This document shows positions 8,684 through 19,377 of a stretch of 64,000 nucleotides of DNA, one piece after another (the stretch's first letter is position 1; every line of letters starts with the position of its first letter). The position numbers and the translations under genes are program-made. Below the pieces are notes generated by a model. That model saw nothing but the letters and a program-made list of their open reading frames with translations. It made no database searches and was not told the DNA's origin. Origin of the DNA: an uncultured Candidatus Saccharibacteria bacterium (GTDB lineage Bacteria > Patescibacteriota > Minisyncoccia > Phycocordibacterales > JAACPR01); contig CAZIEY010000001.1 in NCBI GenBank assembly GCA_964538855.1, positions 163,059-227,058 on the forward strand. The letters run 5' to 3'.

Positions 8684-10864
8684 ATGCATCCACATTCCCC
8701 TCTCACCGAACATTTTCGCCTCAACGAATCGCAAAAGTTAGCGCTCGAAAAATTGCACATCAAAACGATCGAGGACTTGCTCTACTATTTCCCAACGCGT
8801 TACATCAACAGCGCAACCGTGCATTCGATTGGAACCTTGACCGAGAAAACCGAGGCGACTATTTACGGTACCATCAAGAAAATCAAAACTGGCAAAACGT
8901 GGCGTGGAAAAATGCCAATGGCCGAAGCAATTATTACTGATGGAACCAAAACTGTGCGAGCTATTTGGTTTCACCAACCATACATCGCGAAAATGTTTTT
9001 GGAAGGTGCAACAGTGCGACTCGACGGACGGGTTGGCAGCGCGGACAAAACCGGACGATTTACTCTGACGAATCCAAAAATCGAACATGCCGAGGGTGAG
9101 ATGCCGATCGCACCCGACGATTCCCTGTTCGCAGAAGCCGCCGCAAACCCCGCAAAATTCTACCCCGTCTACCCCGAATCGCGTGGAATAACTTCTAATT
9201 GGATGTATCATGCGATGCAAAAGATTTTTAAAAGCGGTTTGCTCGACATTGCCGCCGATCCAATTCCCACCGAAATTCTCGAGCGCTACAAATTACCAGG
9301 AATTAAAACCGCACTCATCTGGATTCATACCCCGCAAAAAGACAGCGACGCGACCGCGGCACGCAAACGCTTTGCGTTTGAAGAAATTTTTTACATTCAA
9401 ATCAGCAAACGTCTTGAGAAAGAAAAAACAGCACAATTAAAGTCATATGCAATTGCCTCAGACGCCGATGACATGCGTGATTCCAAAATCACAAAATTTA
9501 CTGCGAATTTCCCCTTCGAGATGACAGACTCACAACAACGCGCCATAACAGACGTGCTCGATGATATGCGCAAAGGCACACCAATGTCGCGACTACTCGA
9601 GGGTGATGTTGGGTCCGGAAAAACTGCGGTGGCAGCAACAGCAGTTTTCGCCGCAGTCGAAGCAAACCTACAGGCCGCCTATATGGCACCGACTGAAATT
9701 CTGGCCAAGCAACACTTTGAGAGCTTCATTACCTATTTTGAAAATTCGGCAAAAAAATTCGGATTGCAACGCAACATTGAAATCGGACTTCTCACAAGCA
9801 GTGGCTGTCGAAAATTTCCCTCAAAAATCAACCCTCGAGAATCGACGCCAATTTCACGAGCACAACTCTTGAAATGGGTTGCAGCCGGCCAGATTCCAAT
9901 TGTAATCGGCACACACTCGCTCATTCAAAAAGCGGTTGAATTCAAAAATCTCGCACTCGTCATTATCGATGAGCAACACAGGTTCGGTACGGCGCAGCGA
10001 CAAAAATTGGCGAAAAAAGAAGGTTTCGCACCGCACCTTTTGTCGATGACTGCGACGCCGATTCCGCGCACACTCGCGTTGACCATGTATGGAGACCTCG
10101 ACCTATCACTGCTTGATCAAATGCCCACTGGTCGCAAACCAATTATTACCGAGATCATCACACCGAAACGGCGCGCATACGTGTATGAAAAAATCCGAGC
10201 TGAAATAGCTGCTGGGCGCCAAGCCTATGTTATTTGCCCTCGCATCAACGAACCAGACCCAGAAAAAGAATTCGCGATTTTAGCGAAATCTGTTGCAGCC
10301 GAAGCAACCCGTTTGCGACGTGAAGTTTTCCCAGGCCTCGTCATTGCCGAGATGCACAGCAAGATGACACCGAACGAAAAAGACGACACTATGGCACGAT
10401 TCGCCGCAGGTGAAATTCATATTTTAGTTTCAACGTCGGTCGTCGAAGTCGGTGTGAACGTACCAAACGCGACCAATATCATTATCGAAGGTGCCGAACG
10501 TTTCGGTCTCGCACAATTACATCAATTACGCGGGCGCGTCGTGCGCAGTAATCATCAAGCCTACTGTTACGTCTTTACTGACTCGCGCAGCGAACAAACG
10601 CTGGCTCGTCTCAAGGCGCTCGTCACAGCACGAAACGGATTTGAATTGGCCGAACATGATTTGAAATTGCGCGGTGCCGGCGAACTTTCCGGCGGCGTCC
10701 AATGGGGTGTGAGTGACCTTGGTATGGAAGCTATCAAAAATATCAAGATGGTTGAAGCAGCACGTAACGAGGCAACTAAAATTGTCGCAGCCGATACAAC
10801 GCTTGCGCACTTCCCGCTTCTCAAAAAGAAAATCGCCCGCATCGGCGAAATTCATTTCGAGTAA
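8684..10864 (+). CDS. recG: ATP-dependent DNA helicase RecG
   Basis: RLLEGDVGSGKT, DEQHRFG, SMTATPIPRTL, EVGVNVPNA and QLRGRV motifs. Confidence 0.97.
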   Translation: MHPHSPLTEHFRLNESQKLALEKLHIKTIEDLLYYFPTRYINSATVHSIGTLTEKTEATIYGTIKKIKTGKTWRGKMPMAEAIITDGTKTVRAIWFHQPYIAKMFLEGATVRLDGRVGSADKTGRFTLTNPKIEHAEGEMPIAPDDSLFAEAAANPAKFYPVYPESRGITSNWMYHAMQKIFKSGLLDIAADPIPTEILERYKLPGIKTALIWIHTPQKDSDATAARKRFAFEEIFYIQISKRLEKEKTAQLKSYAIASDADDMRDSKITKFTANFPFEMTDSQQRAITDVLDDMRKGTPMSRLLEGDVGSGKTAVAATAVFAAVEANLQAAYMAPTEILAKQHFESFITYFENSAKKFGLQRNIEIGLLTSSGCRKFPSKINPRESTPISRAQLLKWVAAGQIPIVIGTHSLIQKAVEFKNLALVIIDEQHRFGTAQRQKLAKKEGFAPHLLSMTATPIPRTLALTMYGDLDLSLLDQMPTGRKPIITEIITPKRRAYVYEKIRAEIAAGRQAYVICPRINEPDPEKEFAILAKSVAAEATRLRREVFPGLVIAEMHSKMTPNEKDDTMARFAAGEIHILVSTSVVEVGVNVPNATNIIIEGAERFGLAQLHQLRGRVVRSNHQAYCYVFTDSRSEQTLARLKALVTARNGFELAEHDLKLRGAGELSGGVQWGVSDLGMEAIKNIKMVEAARNEATKIVAADTTLAHFPLLKKKIARIGEIHFE

Positions 10865-10874
10865 ATACAAAACT

Positions 10875-12713
10875 TTACCAACTTCCACCGCCTCCCCCTC
10901 CGCCACCTCCGCCAGAAGAACCCCCGCCGCCACTACCGCCAGGTGTAGAAGTTAAAGATATCTCGGCGTTTGCGCTAAAAGATGAAAGCGAACTATAAAA
11001 AATGGATGCGTTAAACATCGAACCCGTAGATCCCGAATACCATTGCGGAGCAACATTATAGATACCATCAAATTCCTTCGCCCAAATTTCAGCGACACCA
11101 AGCACCATAGCGTACGGTAAAAGCTTTTCAAAAAATTCTGGTTTTTTATCTGGTGCATTATGAAATTCGAGACGGCTTTTTTCAGCAATTTGTAAATAAT
11201 CTTTTAATCCCAAAATATATTCTTTAAGAGCGACACCCTTTGGAGTTTTCGCGGGACTAAAATAAGTAACGACCGAAATAATCGCACCGCACAAAATCAG
11301 ACTCAAAATAAATACGTCTGTGTGTGCGGGGAAAAATATACTCCCAATAAGTACTCCGAAGACAAGTGACCCAATTACTATCGCGAAAGCAATACCCACC
11401 ACAGAACCATTGAAGCTTAATCCCCCCTTCATTCTGCCAAGATTTCTATAATATCCTTTCTGAACAAGCGAATTCATCGCCTCCTTCGAAACAGTTTGCG
11501 CGTGCATATAAAATACATCTCGCAACTCTGACAAGAGCACAGATTTTTCTCCAACAGTCCCCACATCTACAGAAGTGTTGTGTGACTTACTCTTAAAAAT
11601 ATTTTTTAGAAATTGGGGCGCGAGCGGAAATGGCGAAGTTTGCATATTAAAGAGCGCATCCAAAAGAGTGCGATCAAACTTGTTGAGAGAATCATCCGCA
11701 TCTTTTAATTTCACTAATTTATAATCAAATTGTTTGATAAGCCAGAGTAATTTCGATTCGACTTGCACAATTTTCAAATAACCTCTCGTTGCCAAGTAAA
11801 TAATTTCGGCTGAAATATCCTTAGAAGTAATTTTCTGCTGAGCAAGCGCTGCTACTTCCATCGGTGTTAAATTATCCGGCACATCATATTGAGGCACTAT
11901 CACACCAGTACCACGCGGATCTCGACCGTACTTTTTCCAATACAAAAAAGACAAGACGAGCACAACAATTGGCAAAAGTATCGAGACAATATATCCCAAA
12001 TACATTGTGATAAAAAGTGACCTTTCATCTGAAGGTGTGTAAGGATGTATAACACCCTTATTAATTCCCGCAGCAATGGTTAAACCTTCCCCACTATGTA
12101 ACTCGCGCGGTGCAACAAAATAAAATTTTTCTCCCTTTTTTTCATACGTACATGTATTTGTAGACCCTATCACACCAAAATAACATGCGGCCTGGGTAGA
12201 AATTGCGTTTGACGGAAATGTAACGACAGCGCTCGAATACAGAATCGGCATATTCCAACCATTCCCCGTCACATCCCAATATATTTCATCAAAATTTTCG
12301 AACTGACCAACCGCTTTTGTTGCGCGATAATAAATATTATAAGTTTTCTGACCAGAAAATACTCGATCTGGATCTCCAATTTTTATTCGAAAATAATCAC
12401 CTTCTCTGAAAGTTGTAAAAATATACGGCTTTCCCACCTCATCAGTCACACGCACGTCGTCGATTTCCATCTTTCTCCCTTGGGATGAGTACAGATAAAT
12501 ATCTCTAAAAATTCCGTGATGTGATTCTGTTCCGGTGTTATAGACAATTGATTCCAAAACATTAACAGAGTTATCGACATGTACAGTGATATCTGCAGTG
12601 TAAGAAACGATATGCTCGTACGACAACGTATCAGTTTGAGCATGTGCTGAACGAGAAAAAACAAACCCAAAGGCAATTACAAATAAAAAGACTCGCCAAA
12701 TTCTCTTACGCAT
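10875..12713 (-). CDS. DUF2207 family membrane protein
   Basis: HGIFRDI, DEIYWDVTGNGW, LLPYAMVLGV and C-terminal GGGGGGSW. Confidence 0.9.
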   Translation of the reverse strand: MRKRIWRVFLFVIAFGFVFSRSAHAQTDTLSYEHIVSYTADITVHVDNSVNVLESIVYNTGTESHHGIFRDIYLYSSQGRKMEIDDVRVTDEVGKPYIFTTFREGDYFRIKIGDPDRVFSGQKTYNIYYRATKAVGQFENFDEIYWDVTGNGWNMPILYSSAVVTFPSNAISTQAACYFGVIGSTNTCTYEKKGEKFYFVAPRELHSGEGLTIAAGINKGVIHPYTPSDERSLFITMYLGYIVSILLPIVVLVLSFLYWKKYGRDPRGTGVIVPQYDVPDNLTPMEVAALAQQKITSKDISAEIIYLATRGYLKIVQVESKLLWLIKQFDYKLVKLKDADDSLNKFDRTLLDALFNMQTSPFPLAPQFLKNIFKSKSHNTSVDVGTVGEKSVLLSELRDVFYMHAQTVSKEAMNSLVQKGYYRNLGRMKGGLSFNGSVVGIAFAIVIGSLVFGVLIGSIFFPAHTDVFILSLILCGAIISVVTYFSPAKTPKGVALKEYILGLKDYLQIAEKSRLEFHNAPDKKPEFFEKLLPYAMVLGVAEIWAKEFDGIYNVAPQWYSGSTGSMFNASIFYSSLSSFSANAEISLTSTPGGSGGGGSSGGGGGGGGGGSW

Positions 12714-12796
12714 ATAATTACAATTCATTTTACCAGACTTATTCAGGAAAGATACTTCTTTACAGGCCCAACGAAACATAATAGAATCAGCGTATT

Positions 12797-12872
12797 GCGC
12801 GTGTAGCTCAGTTGGTAGAGCGGTCGACTTATACTCGATTGGTCCCAGGTTCGAGTCCTGGCATGCGCACCA
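12797..12872 (+). tRNA. tRNA-Ile with anticodon TAT (UAU)
   Basis: Cloverleaf GCGCGTG/CATGCGC acceptor, GTCGA-CTTATAC-TCGAT anticodon arm, GGTTCGAGTCC T-arm, A73-CCA. Confidence 0.92.
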
Positions 12873-12897
12873 ATAAAAGATTTGCTACAATACACAC

Positions 12898-13800
12898 ATG
12901 AAAGAAGGTATCAACGAATCAAATTTATTACCACCAGACGCCCACGTCGAATTTCAAGGTCAGGGTGAAGATTCAGACGACTTCCCAAGACGGGTCGAGC
13001 AACCCTTCTTAGAACTTAACATGTGCGAACCTCAGGAAAAAGAGATTCACCCCATTTCAGCACTTCGCAAAAAACTCGATGATGTAAAAATAAGGACCGC
13101 ACAAAAAATCTTTGAGCTCAGAGCAGCGGAAGTACGTAAAGATCCCGCATCGGAAGCACAATTACGTGATGAAATACATAAACTCAGTACTGAGCATGAT
13201 GCGATACAGGATGATTTAGCTAAATTAGTGGCGCAAGCTCAGAAAGAATTAGATCGGCACGCAGGAGAACCTGGCACGGACGAAAAAACAAAAACAGGTC
13301 CAGAGAATGTATTCGCGACTTTGCCGACAGAACGCATAGTCGCTATTCGCGACATAGTAGAAGAAATCCCGCAATTGCGTACGCTCTACTCCTCATACAG
13401 AAATCATGCGAAAACACTACAGAAATCCCCTCTCCGTAGTAACTTATTTGCCCAAGTAGAAGCAACCCTTAGAAGAGGTACCCAAGAAGATATTGAGCGA
13501 GCCGAACTCATGCTGTACGAGGGAGATGACATCGAAATTAATCCTCAGAGCGTCTCAGGACTCAAACCAATAATCAACTCTATACCAAATTTAAAAACGT
13601 TACAGGATAAAATCCATCATGAACTAATTACAAGTAAACAGAAAACTGGGTTGGCGCGATTATTTAGTGGAAAGGTAGCCATTACTAATATTGAACTCGT
13701 CACATCTCTCATCGCACATTTACGTGCGCAACAAGATCGCAGATCGAAAGCACTTCTGAAAATACTATCCTACTATTCTCAAAAACAAAAACCTCGATAA
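12898..13800 (+). CDS. hypothetical coiled-coil protein
   Basis: 300 aa ORF; TGcTACAAT just upstream of the ATG. Confidence 0.75.
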   Translation: MKEGINESNLLPPDAHVEFQGQGEDSDDFPRRVEQPFLELNMCEPQEKEIHPISALRKKLDDVKIRTAQKIFELRAAEVRKDPASEAQLRDEIHKLSTEHDAIQDDLAKLVAQAQKELDRHAGEPGTDEKTKTGPENVFATLPTERIVAIRDIVEEIPQLRTLYSSYRNHAKTLQKSPLRSNLFAQVEATLRRGTQEDIERAELMLYEGDDIEINPQSVSGLKPIINSIPNLKTLQDKIHHELITSKQKTGLARLFSGKVAITNIELVTSLIAHLRAQQDRRSKALLKILSYYSQKQKPR

Positions 13801-13842
13801 GTACCCTTGATACAGAGTAGCGCAATTTGCTATGATTATACT

Positions 13843-14211
13843 ATGACACCAGAAACACCAGGAGGTCCTAACGGATCAGAAATAGACAAGGATCTCGATA
13901 TGGAATTACGAGAAGCACAAGAAACATTAGCAGAAAAAAACAAGGAACTAATAGGTTTATTGGATGGCGGCAGATTACTTGAGATTCTCAGACGTATGTG
14001 GTATCGCGACGATTCAAATGCAGTTACAAGACAACACATGGGTATGGAAAAGCCAATGGCAGATGTTATTCTCGCCATCTGCGATACTGTCAGAAAAAAT
14101 GGTGATGTAGCTCTATTCAATGAACTTAGCGGAATAATCACAGAAGAAAGTCGTGCCGAAAGAGAATCGAAAGAAAAATTTGCACCGACAACAGAAATCG
14201 ACCCAGCATAA
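13843..14211 (+). CDS. hypothetical acidic protein
   Basis: ORF with TGcTATGAT 6 nt before the ATG. Confidence 0.7.
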   Translation: MTPETPGGPNGSEIDKDLDMELREAQETLAEKNKELIGLLDGGRLLEILRRMWYRDDSNAVTRQHMGMEKPMADVILAICDTVRKNGDVALFNELSGIITEESRAERESKEKFAPTTEIDPA

Positions 14212-14339
14212 CCACAATAAAACTCGACTTGGATGGCTCTGCTGAGTTTGGAAAATTGCGAACGACTTTTGGCGTAGGAGTATATAAACCATACTGATTA
14301 TAATCTCACACCGACTACCCCTTACGGCAACGCGCCATA

Positions 14340-16292
14340 TTACAACGCCTCCTTCTTCACCGGATGTGCAACTTTAATACCATGTGCAGCGAGCAACGCT
14401 TCGTAGTCTTCGCGTTCAATCGTTTCGACGTCGAGAAGGCGTTGCGCCAAAATTTCGAGGACTTTGCGATTTTCAGTGAGGATTTTTTCTGCGCGGGCAC
14501 GGGCTTCGGTCATGATGCGAGACACTTCGGCGTCGATTTTCGTTGAGACAGATTCAGAATATTCTTGACCTTCGATGCCACCGCGTCCGAATAATGTGCG
14601 GCCACTTCCCTCGAGGGCGATTGGTCCGAATGCGTCTGACATTCCATAACGTGTGACCATATCACGAGCAAGCGCTGTTGAAACTTGTAAATCATTGGAA
14701 GGTCCAGTCGTTACATCTCCGAATATCATTTGTTCAGTCACATAACCACCGAGTGACATTGCGAGGTCGTCGAGAAATGCTTTGCGAGATTGCAATTTGC
14801 GTTCTTCGTTTGGCAATTTCATTGTGTAACCACCCGCATGACCGCGCGCGATGATAGAAATTTTGTGCACAGGATCCGCGTCAGGCAAAATTGATGCAAC
14901 GAGTGCATGCCCCGCTTCGTGATATGCAGTAATTTCGCGTTCTTTTTTCGAGAGCAAGTGATTTCGGCGCTCAGGACCGAGCATGACTTTTTCAATCGAA
15001 CGAATCAAATCGAATTGTGCAACAGTTTTTCGATTTTCACGCGCTGCCAAAATTGCAGCTTCGTTCACAAGAGAATATAAATCCGCACCAGAAAATCCTG
15101 GAGTTCGTTGTGCGATAACTTCGAAATTCACGTCTTCAGCGAGCGGTTTGTTTTTCGCCTGCACTTTCAAAATCGCCTCGCGGTCTTTGCGGTCTGGCAA
15201 ATCAATAGTGACACGCCGATCGAATCGGCCTGGTCGCAAAATTGCAGGATCCAAAACGTCTGGACGGTTTGTCGCTGCCATCACAATCACCTTCTCATTC
15301 GGATTAAATCCATCCATCTCCACCAAAATTTGGTTAAGTGTCTGCTCGCGCTCGTCATTCCCTCCACCCGTACCGACACCGCGCGCTCGTCCCACAGCAT
15401 CAATTTCGTCGATAAAAATAATTGCGGGCGCCGCAGCTTTTGCAATTTTAAACAAGTCACGCACACGAGATGCACCAACACCCACAAACATTTCTACGAA
15501 TTCAGAACCAGAAACCGAGAAAAAGTTCACACCCGCCTCGCCCGCTGTTGCACGCGCAAGAAGTGTTTTTCCAGTACCTGGTGAACCCATAAGCAAAATT
15601 CCCTTTGGAATTTGCGCACCGATGTCGATAAACTTTTTCGGATTTTTGAGGAAGTCTACAATTTCCATCAATTCCTGTTTTGCTTCTTCATTACCAGCGA
15701 CGTCTTTGAATGTAACTTTTTTCTTGTCGCTTGGATTAAAGAGGCGCGCATTAGCTTGGCCGAATGTGAAAGCTTGCATGCCGGCACCTTTTACTTGGCG
15801 AGATAAATACCAAATAATGATTCCAATCAAAAGAATTGGGAAAATAAACGGAGCGCTGACCGCGAGCCAGTAGCCAAACCCAGACGGATTTTGAATGTCG
15901 ATTTTAATTGGAGCAAGTTCCGTCGCAGTAATTCCGTAATTCGACAATGTTTCAGACAATGCTGCATCACTTTCTTTTTGAGTTGTCTTTGTGGCTTCGG
16001 TCGGGGTACCCTTTTCATACACCACATTAATTTGATCGCCCGACACCGCGATTTCAGAAACTTTACCCGCGCGAATATCAGCGGCTAATTGCGAGAGCGC
16101 AATCTCTTCGACATTTTTCTTTTGCTCTGCCACAAATGTGTAGAGGAAAATAATCATAATGATAATCAAAAATGTTGTGCTAAGATTTGCAAAAAATCCC
16201 GCCGGCTTTTTTGAGTTGTGCGACTTTTTCATTTTGTGCTGCGGAGCCTGATGTGGCGCCCCACCTGGTGGCGTCTGATTGTGTTTGGTCAT
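14340..16292 (-). CDS. ftsH: ATP-dependent zinc metalloprotease FtsH
   Basis: Two [18 protein letters not shown] ([17 protein letters not shown]) and HEAGH. Confidence 0.98.
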   Translation of the reverse strand: MTKHNQTPPGGAPHQAPQHKMKKSHNSKKPAGFFANLSTTFLIIIMIIFLYTFVAEQKKNVEEIALSQLAADIRAGKVSEIAVSGDQINVVYEKGTPTEATKTTQKESDAALSETLSNYGITATELAPIKIDIQNPSGFGYWLAVSAPFIFPILLIGIIIWYLSRQVKGAGMQAFTFGQANARLFNPSDKKKVTFKDVAGNEEAKQELMEIVDFLKNPKKFIDIGAQIPKGILLMGSPGTGKTLLARATAGEAGVNFFSVSGSEFVEMFVGVGASRVRDLFKIAKAAAPAIIFIDEIDAVGRARGVGTGGGNDEREQTLNQILVEMDGFNPNEKVIVMAATNRPDVLDPAILRPGRFDRRVTIDLPDRKDREAILKVQAKNKPLAEDVNFEVIAQRTPGFSGADLYSLVNEAAILAARENRKTVAQFDLIRSIEKVMLGPERRNHLLSKKEREITAYHEAGHALVASILPDADPVHKISIIARGHAGGYTMKLPNEERKLQSRKAFLDDLAMSLGGYVTEQMIFGDVTTGPSNDLQVSTALARDMVTRYGMSDAFGPIALEGSGRTLFGRGGIEGQEYSESVSTKIDAEVSRIMTEARARAEKILTENRKVLEILAQRLLDVETIEREDYEALLAAHGIKVAHPVKKEAL

Positions 16293-16403
16293 GATGCATA
16301 TTATACATAAAAATCGGGCAGAATCGAATACGTAAATGTCTTTACTTTTTCGTGCACTGAATATAGTCTAATACTCGGATCAACATCCAGAAAGGAGTAC
16401 GTC

Positions 16404-16757
16404 ATGGCATTTCTGCAATGTATGAAGAGAGCCTTTTGCATTGTTGCCACAGTGTGCGCGTTACACATACCAATTGTATACACACCTATATACACTGGGT
16501 CGCGGCGCAGAAAGTCAAAATATTCCGCAGTCGTCGCAAACCGATCGAAACACGGCATCTGCCAAATTAATGACTTAATGGAAGCTATCATCGAAGCTCA
16601 TCAGCTATCTAAAATTTTTGATGCAATAAGCGCCACACCATATACACAAAGGTGCTTCACGATACCCAAAATGGAGGAGCCTCGAGCAAATCGCCCGTAC
16701 CTTCCATGGAAGCACAAGAAGAGACACTGGAATCCAAAGACCGTAGATCAAGTATGA
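16404..16757 (+). CDS. hypothetical protein (SD-led ORFan)
   Basis: AAAGGAG 6 nt before ATG; hairpin gagcaccc...ggggtgcttttt downstream. Confidence 0.55.
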   Translation: MAFLQCMKRAFCIVATVCALHIPIVYTPIYTGSRRRKSKYSAVVANRSKHGICQINDLMEAIIEAHQLSKIFDAISATPYTQRCFTIPKMEEPRANRPYLPWKHKKRHWNPKTVDQV

Positions 16758-16919
16758 GCACCCTAAACACACAAAATGCGGGGTGCTTTTTAATTTTGAC
16801 ATTGTCTAACTATTGACTTTTTATAAAATATCGGCAGAATACGCATCGGATAAGAAGGCTCATTATTTGTATGATGAGGCCTTTCTCACCATTCACCCTA
16901 AACCCCGAAGGAATAATCA

Positions 16920-17252
16920 GTGAAGAAACCTGACCCGATACCGACCCGCATCCGACTGACGGTGGAAGGAAACGACATCTTGATCCATGACCCAGGCGAC
17001 AAAGATATCGACCAATTGAAACCTCAGGCCGGTGTTCATGATGTGTGTACAGGGATAATGAAATGGATCGAGAACACATCCTCCGTGCAACACGCGCTGC
17101 TTTGCACCCGATGTGGTCTGCGATTCGCATTTCCCAGATCTATCCTTACCTTCAGCGGATTGAAGAAGTGGGTTGATGCAGAAGCCCTTGCCGGAGTTGA
17201 GTCAACTGTACGCCTCGACAGGAAGTCTCTTCGTGGCGAGGAACAAGGGTGA
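16920..17252 (+). CDS. hypothetical protein with CxxC (possible Zn ribbon), SD-led ORFan
   Basis: GAAGGAA before GTG; HDVC...LCTRCG; terminator aacaccccg...cggggtgtt at about 17283-17312. Confidence 0.65.
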   Translation: MKKPDPIPTRIRLTVEGNDILIHDPGDKDIDQLKPQAGVHDVCTGIMKWIENTSSVQHALLCTRCGLRFAFPRSILTFSGLKKWVDAEALAGVESTVRLDRKSLRGEEQG

Positions 17253-17354
17253 CGAAGTAAGTCGAACACAATGCCAGTGTGAAACACCCCGAGGAGAGGA
17301 TCCCGGGGTGTTGTTTATTTCACCTACTAGCAAACATCTGGTACGATATACCCA

Positions 17355-17804
17355 ATGACAAACTTGATCGAAAATCGCAAAGCAGGATTCAACTATGAAC
17401 TCGGAGACAAATACGAGGCTGGTATTGAATTGACTGGGCACGAAACGAAATCAATCAAAGCAGGCCGTGGAAATATGACCGGCTCTTTTATTGTGATTCG
17501 TGGTGGCGAGGCGTTTATTTCAGGACTCGAAATTACATCGTTTCAAGCAAACAACTCCCCAATCGATTTCGAACCGCGACGCATGCGCCGGCTGTTGCTC
17601 AAAAAAAGCGATATTTCAAAGCTCCAAATGGCGGAGCAACGCGACCGTTTGACACTCATCCCACTTTCGTTGTATAATAAGGGTAAGTTCGTGAAGCTAT
17701 CCTTTGCGGTAGCTCGCGGAAAAAAGAAGTCCGATAAGCGCGAATCCATTCGCCGCCGCGAAGACAACCGCGACATCGAACGCACCTTGAAATCACGTCG
17801 ATAA
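17355..17804 (+). CDS. smpB: SsrA-binding protein SmpB
   Basis: NRKAGFNY, EAGIELTGHETKSIK and GKKKSDKRE motifs; tmRNA adjacent. Confidence 0.97.
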   Translation: MTNLIENRKAGFNYELGDKYEAGIELTGHETKSIKAGRGNMTGSFIVIRGGEAFISGLEITSFQANNSPIDFEPRRMRRLLLKKSDISKLQMAEQRDRLTLIPLSLYNKGKFVKLSFAVARGKKKSDKRESIRRREDNRDIERTLKSRR

Positions 17805-17820
17805 TATATTCGGTCATTCA

Positions 17821-17955
17821 CTGAAAAATATCGAATAAGTCAAAAGACCTGACGCATACTTTTTGAGTCTGGGTCCTCGCTCCAGGCATTGTCGCTGCGG
17901 AGGCCTCAAAAAGCACGCGTCATGTCTTTTATTAAACTTATTCGATATTTCTCAG
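17821..17955. repeat. about 135 bp imperfect palindromic element between smpB and ssrA
   Basis: Arms ctgaaaaatatcgaataagt / acttattcgatatttctcag (1 mismatch), pairing continues inward. Confidence 0.8.
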
Positions 17956-18328
17956 GGGATGATCGGCTTCGATATACAATCGCCAATATATGTGCAGAAT
18001 AGAGCTCGAGTAACTCTTAAAAAGGCTCGAAACTACAAATGCAAAATCTGTCGTAAGCCCTTACTTTAAGGCAAACAAACTAGCATTCGCGTTCGCGTAA
18101 GCCAACACGACATCCGCGTATCTTACACCTGATACGATAAGGCGGGTGTTACCCCATCAGGTTAGGTGAAGTACACGCTCTTTGTACTTTTCCGAAACTC
18201 AAGGAGATCGGTCGCGCAACATTTCGTTCGCTCTAAGGTGCACGATCCAGAACAAAAAGCGTACTAGATTCTGTAGACTCATATATTGTCCTTGCATACA
18301 CGCGGGTTCGATTCCCGCCATCTCCACA
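17955..18328 (+). ncRNA. ssrA: tmRNA
   Basis: 5' GGGGATGATCGGCTTCGA, 3' GCGGGTTCGATTCCCGCCATCTCCA; tag ORF 18041-18100 AKSVVSPYFKANKLAFAFA*. Confidence 0.95.
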
Positions 18329-18379
18329 TTAAAAAGAAAATCACCCAACATTGGGTGATTTTCTTTTTAATGTGGAGAT
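18320..18379. repeat. perfect 29 bp-arm inverted repeat incorporating the tmRNA 3' end (may act as terminator)
   Basis: atctccacattaaaaagaaaatcacccaa-ca-ttgggtgattttctttttaatgtggagat. Confidence 0.9.
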
Positions 18380-18537
18380 AAGAGGAGTAATGCGGAGCAT
18401 TACGACGGGAATCGAAAGCCGGAGCGGGTTACCTGTTTGGAGCGTTAGCGACAAATAGGTCGCGAGGCGGGGTCGCGAACACTTAGATTTTTATGAGCGA
18501 ATGCGAAATAAAAAGCTTAGTGATTTGTGACCGATTC
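18371..18537. repeat. structured tmRNA-3'-end-derived repeat, copy A
   Basis: Starts with inverted tmRNA end (tgtggagat...cgggaatcgaa); 34 nt and 23 nt blocks identical to copy B. Confidence 0.85.
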
Positions 18538-18663
18538 AAGACATTTTTCTCCAAAGTGATTCTAAGCTATTGGGATATTACGTAATCATTGACAAACCAC
18601 ACAACATTATGTAATGTACCAAATAGACGATTCATTTCCAACCCCAACCCCGAAGGAACTCTC

Positions 18664-19092
18664 ATGAACGCAACTGCAGATCTCATTCGCGACGACCGCT
18701 GCACCACAGCACTCAAACCGTTAGTCGAAGAGGGTGTCAACCGTCTGAAGACCTTCATCGTCTGCGCAAGCCTGGGCGATTTGAACAATTGGCACCTTCC
18801 CAAAGTCGGTCATGCCACCCTCAACCTAACGGTTCGGGATGGAAATATCGTCGAAGGGACGATTTCCATTCAGGATGGTGAAAACTTCACTGTCAAAGCC
18901 ATAGTCTCGGGACTGACGGGTAACTGCGTGGCGGTGATTGTGAATAAAAGCGAAGGTCCTGTGAAGCTGTATTTGAACATCCCACTCAAGGCTGACAGCA
19001 ACCCAGCTTTGTCAGCACTTTGTGAGATGAGAAAATGCGAGGAGCAGCAGCGAATTGAGAATGTCGCGACCAGGCTCAAAAACCTTCGATAG
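18664..19092 (+). CDS. hypothetical protein (SD-led ORFan)
   Basis: TTGACA-17-TAATGT at 18589, GAAGGAA SD, hairpin at about 19150-19180. Confidence 0.7.
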   Translation: MNATADLIRDDRCTTALKPLVEEGVNRLKTFIVCASLGDLNNWHLPKVGHATLNLTVRDGNIVEGTISIQDGENFTVKAIVSGLTGNCVAVIVNKSEGPVKLYLNIPLKADSNPALSALCEMRKCEEQQRIENVATRLKNLR

Positions 19093-19193
19093 TGGTAAAC
19101 CCACCCGGTGAAGCAACCGAAGAGTCCGAACCTCTTAAAACTGCCAAACGGCACCTAGCGCTTTTAGCTCCTGGTGCCTTTACTTTTATTAAC

Positions 19194-19339
19194 TGTCGAT
19201 AGAAGCGCCGGGAATCGAACCAGGAAGGGGTCGGGAAACCTGTGGTTTCCCGTGGAGGAAGGCAGTGAGCGATAGCGAGCGTTGGAAAACCGTGGGTTTC
19301 CAAGTTGATTCAATAGCGAAGCGACCCGCCATCCCTGCA
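19194..19339. repeat. structured tmRNA-3'-end-derived repeat, divergent copy C
   Basis: cgggaatcgaacc (inverted T-arm) ... cccgccatccctgca (direct degenerate tmRNA end); internal ggaaacc/ggtttcc hairpins and agcg-N-gcga loops. Confidence 0.75.
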
Positions 19340-19377
19340 ATTTTAAAAAATCTATCAACATGTAGTATAATTCATTT

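Noticed and set aside
10878-10945. GC-rich ccgcct repeats
   Set aside because: They encode the poly-Gly tail typical of DUF2207.
14215-14340. Intergenic stretch between the 13843 ORF and ftsH as a possible ncRNA
   Set aside because: I could not find a convincing stem set or promoter.
14983-15873. Long antisense ORFs over ftsH, recG, the ABC exporter and ribosomal genes
   Set aside because: These are shadow frames of well-supported genes with no independent signals.
16301-16591. Minus-strand 96 aa ORF
   Set aside because: It overlaps the plus-strand 16404 ORF, which has an SD, promoter and terminator.
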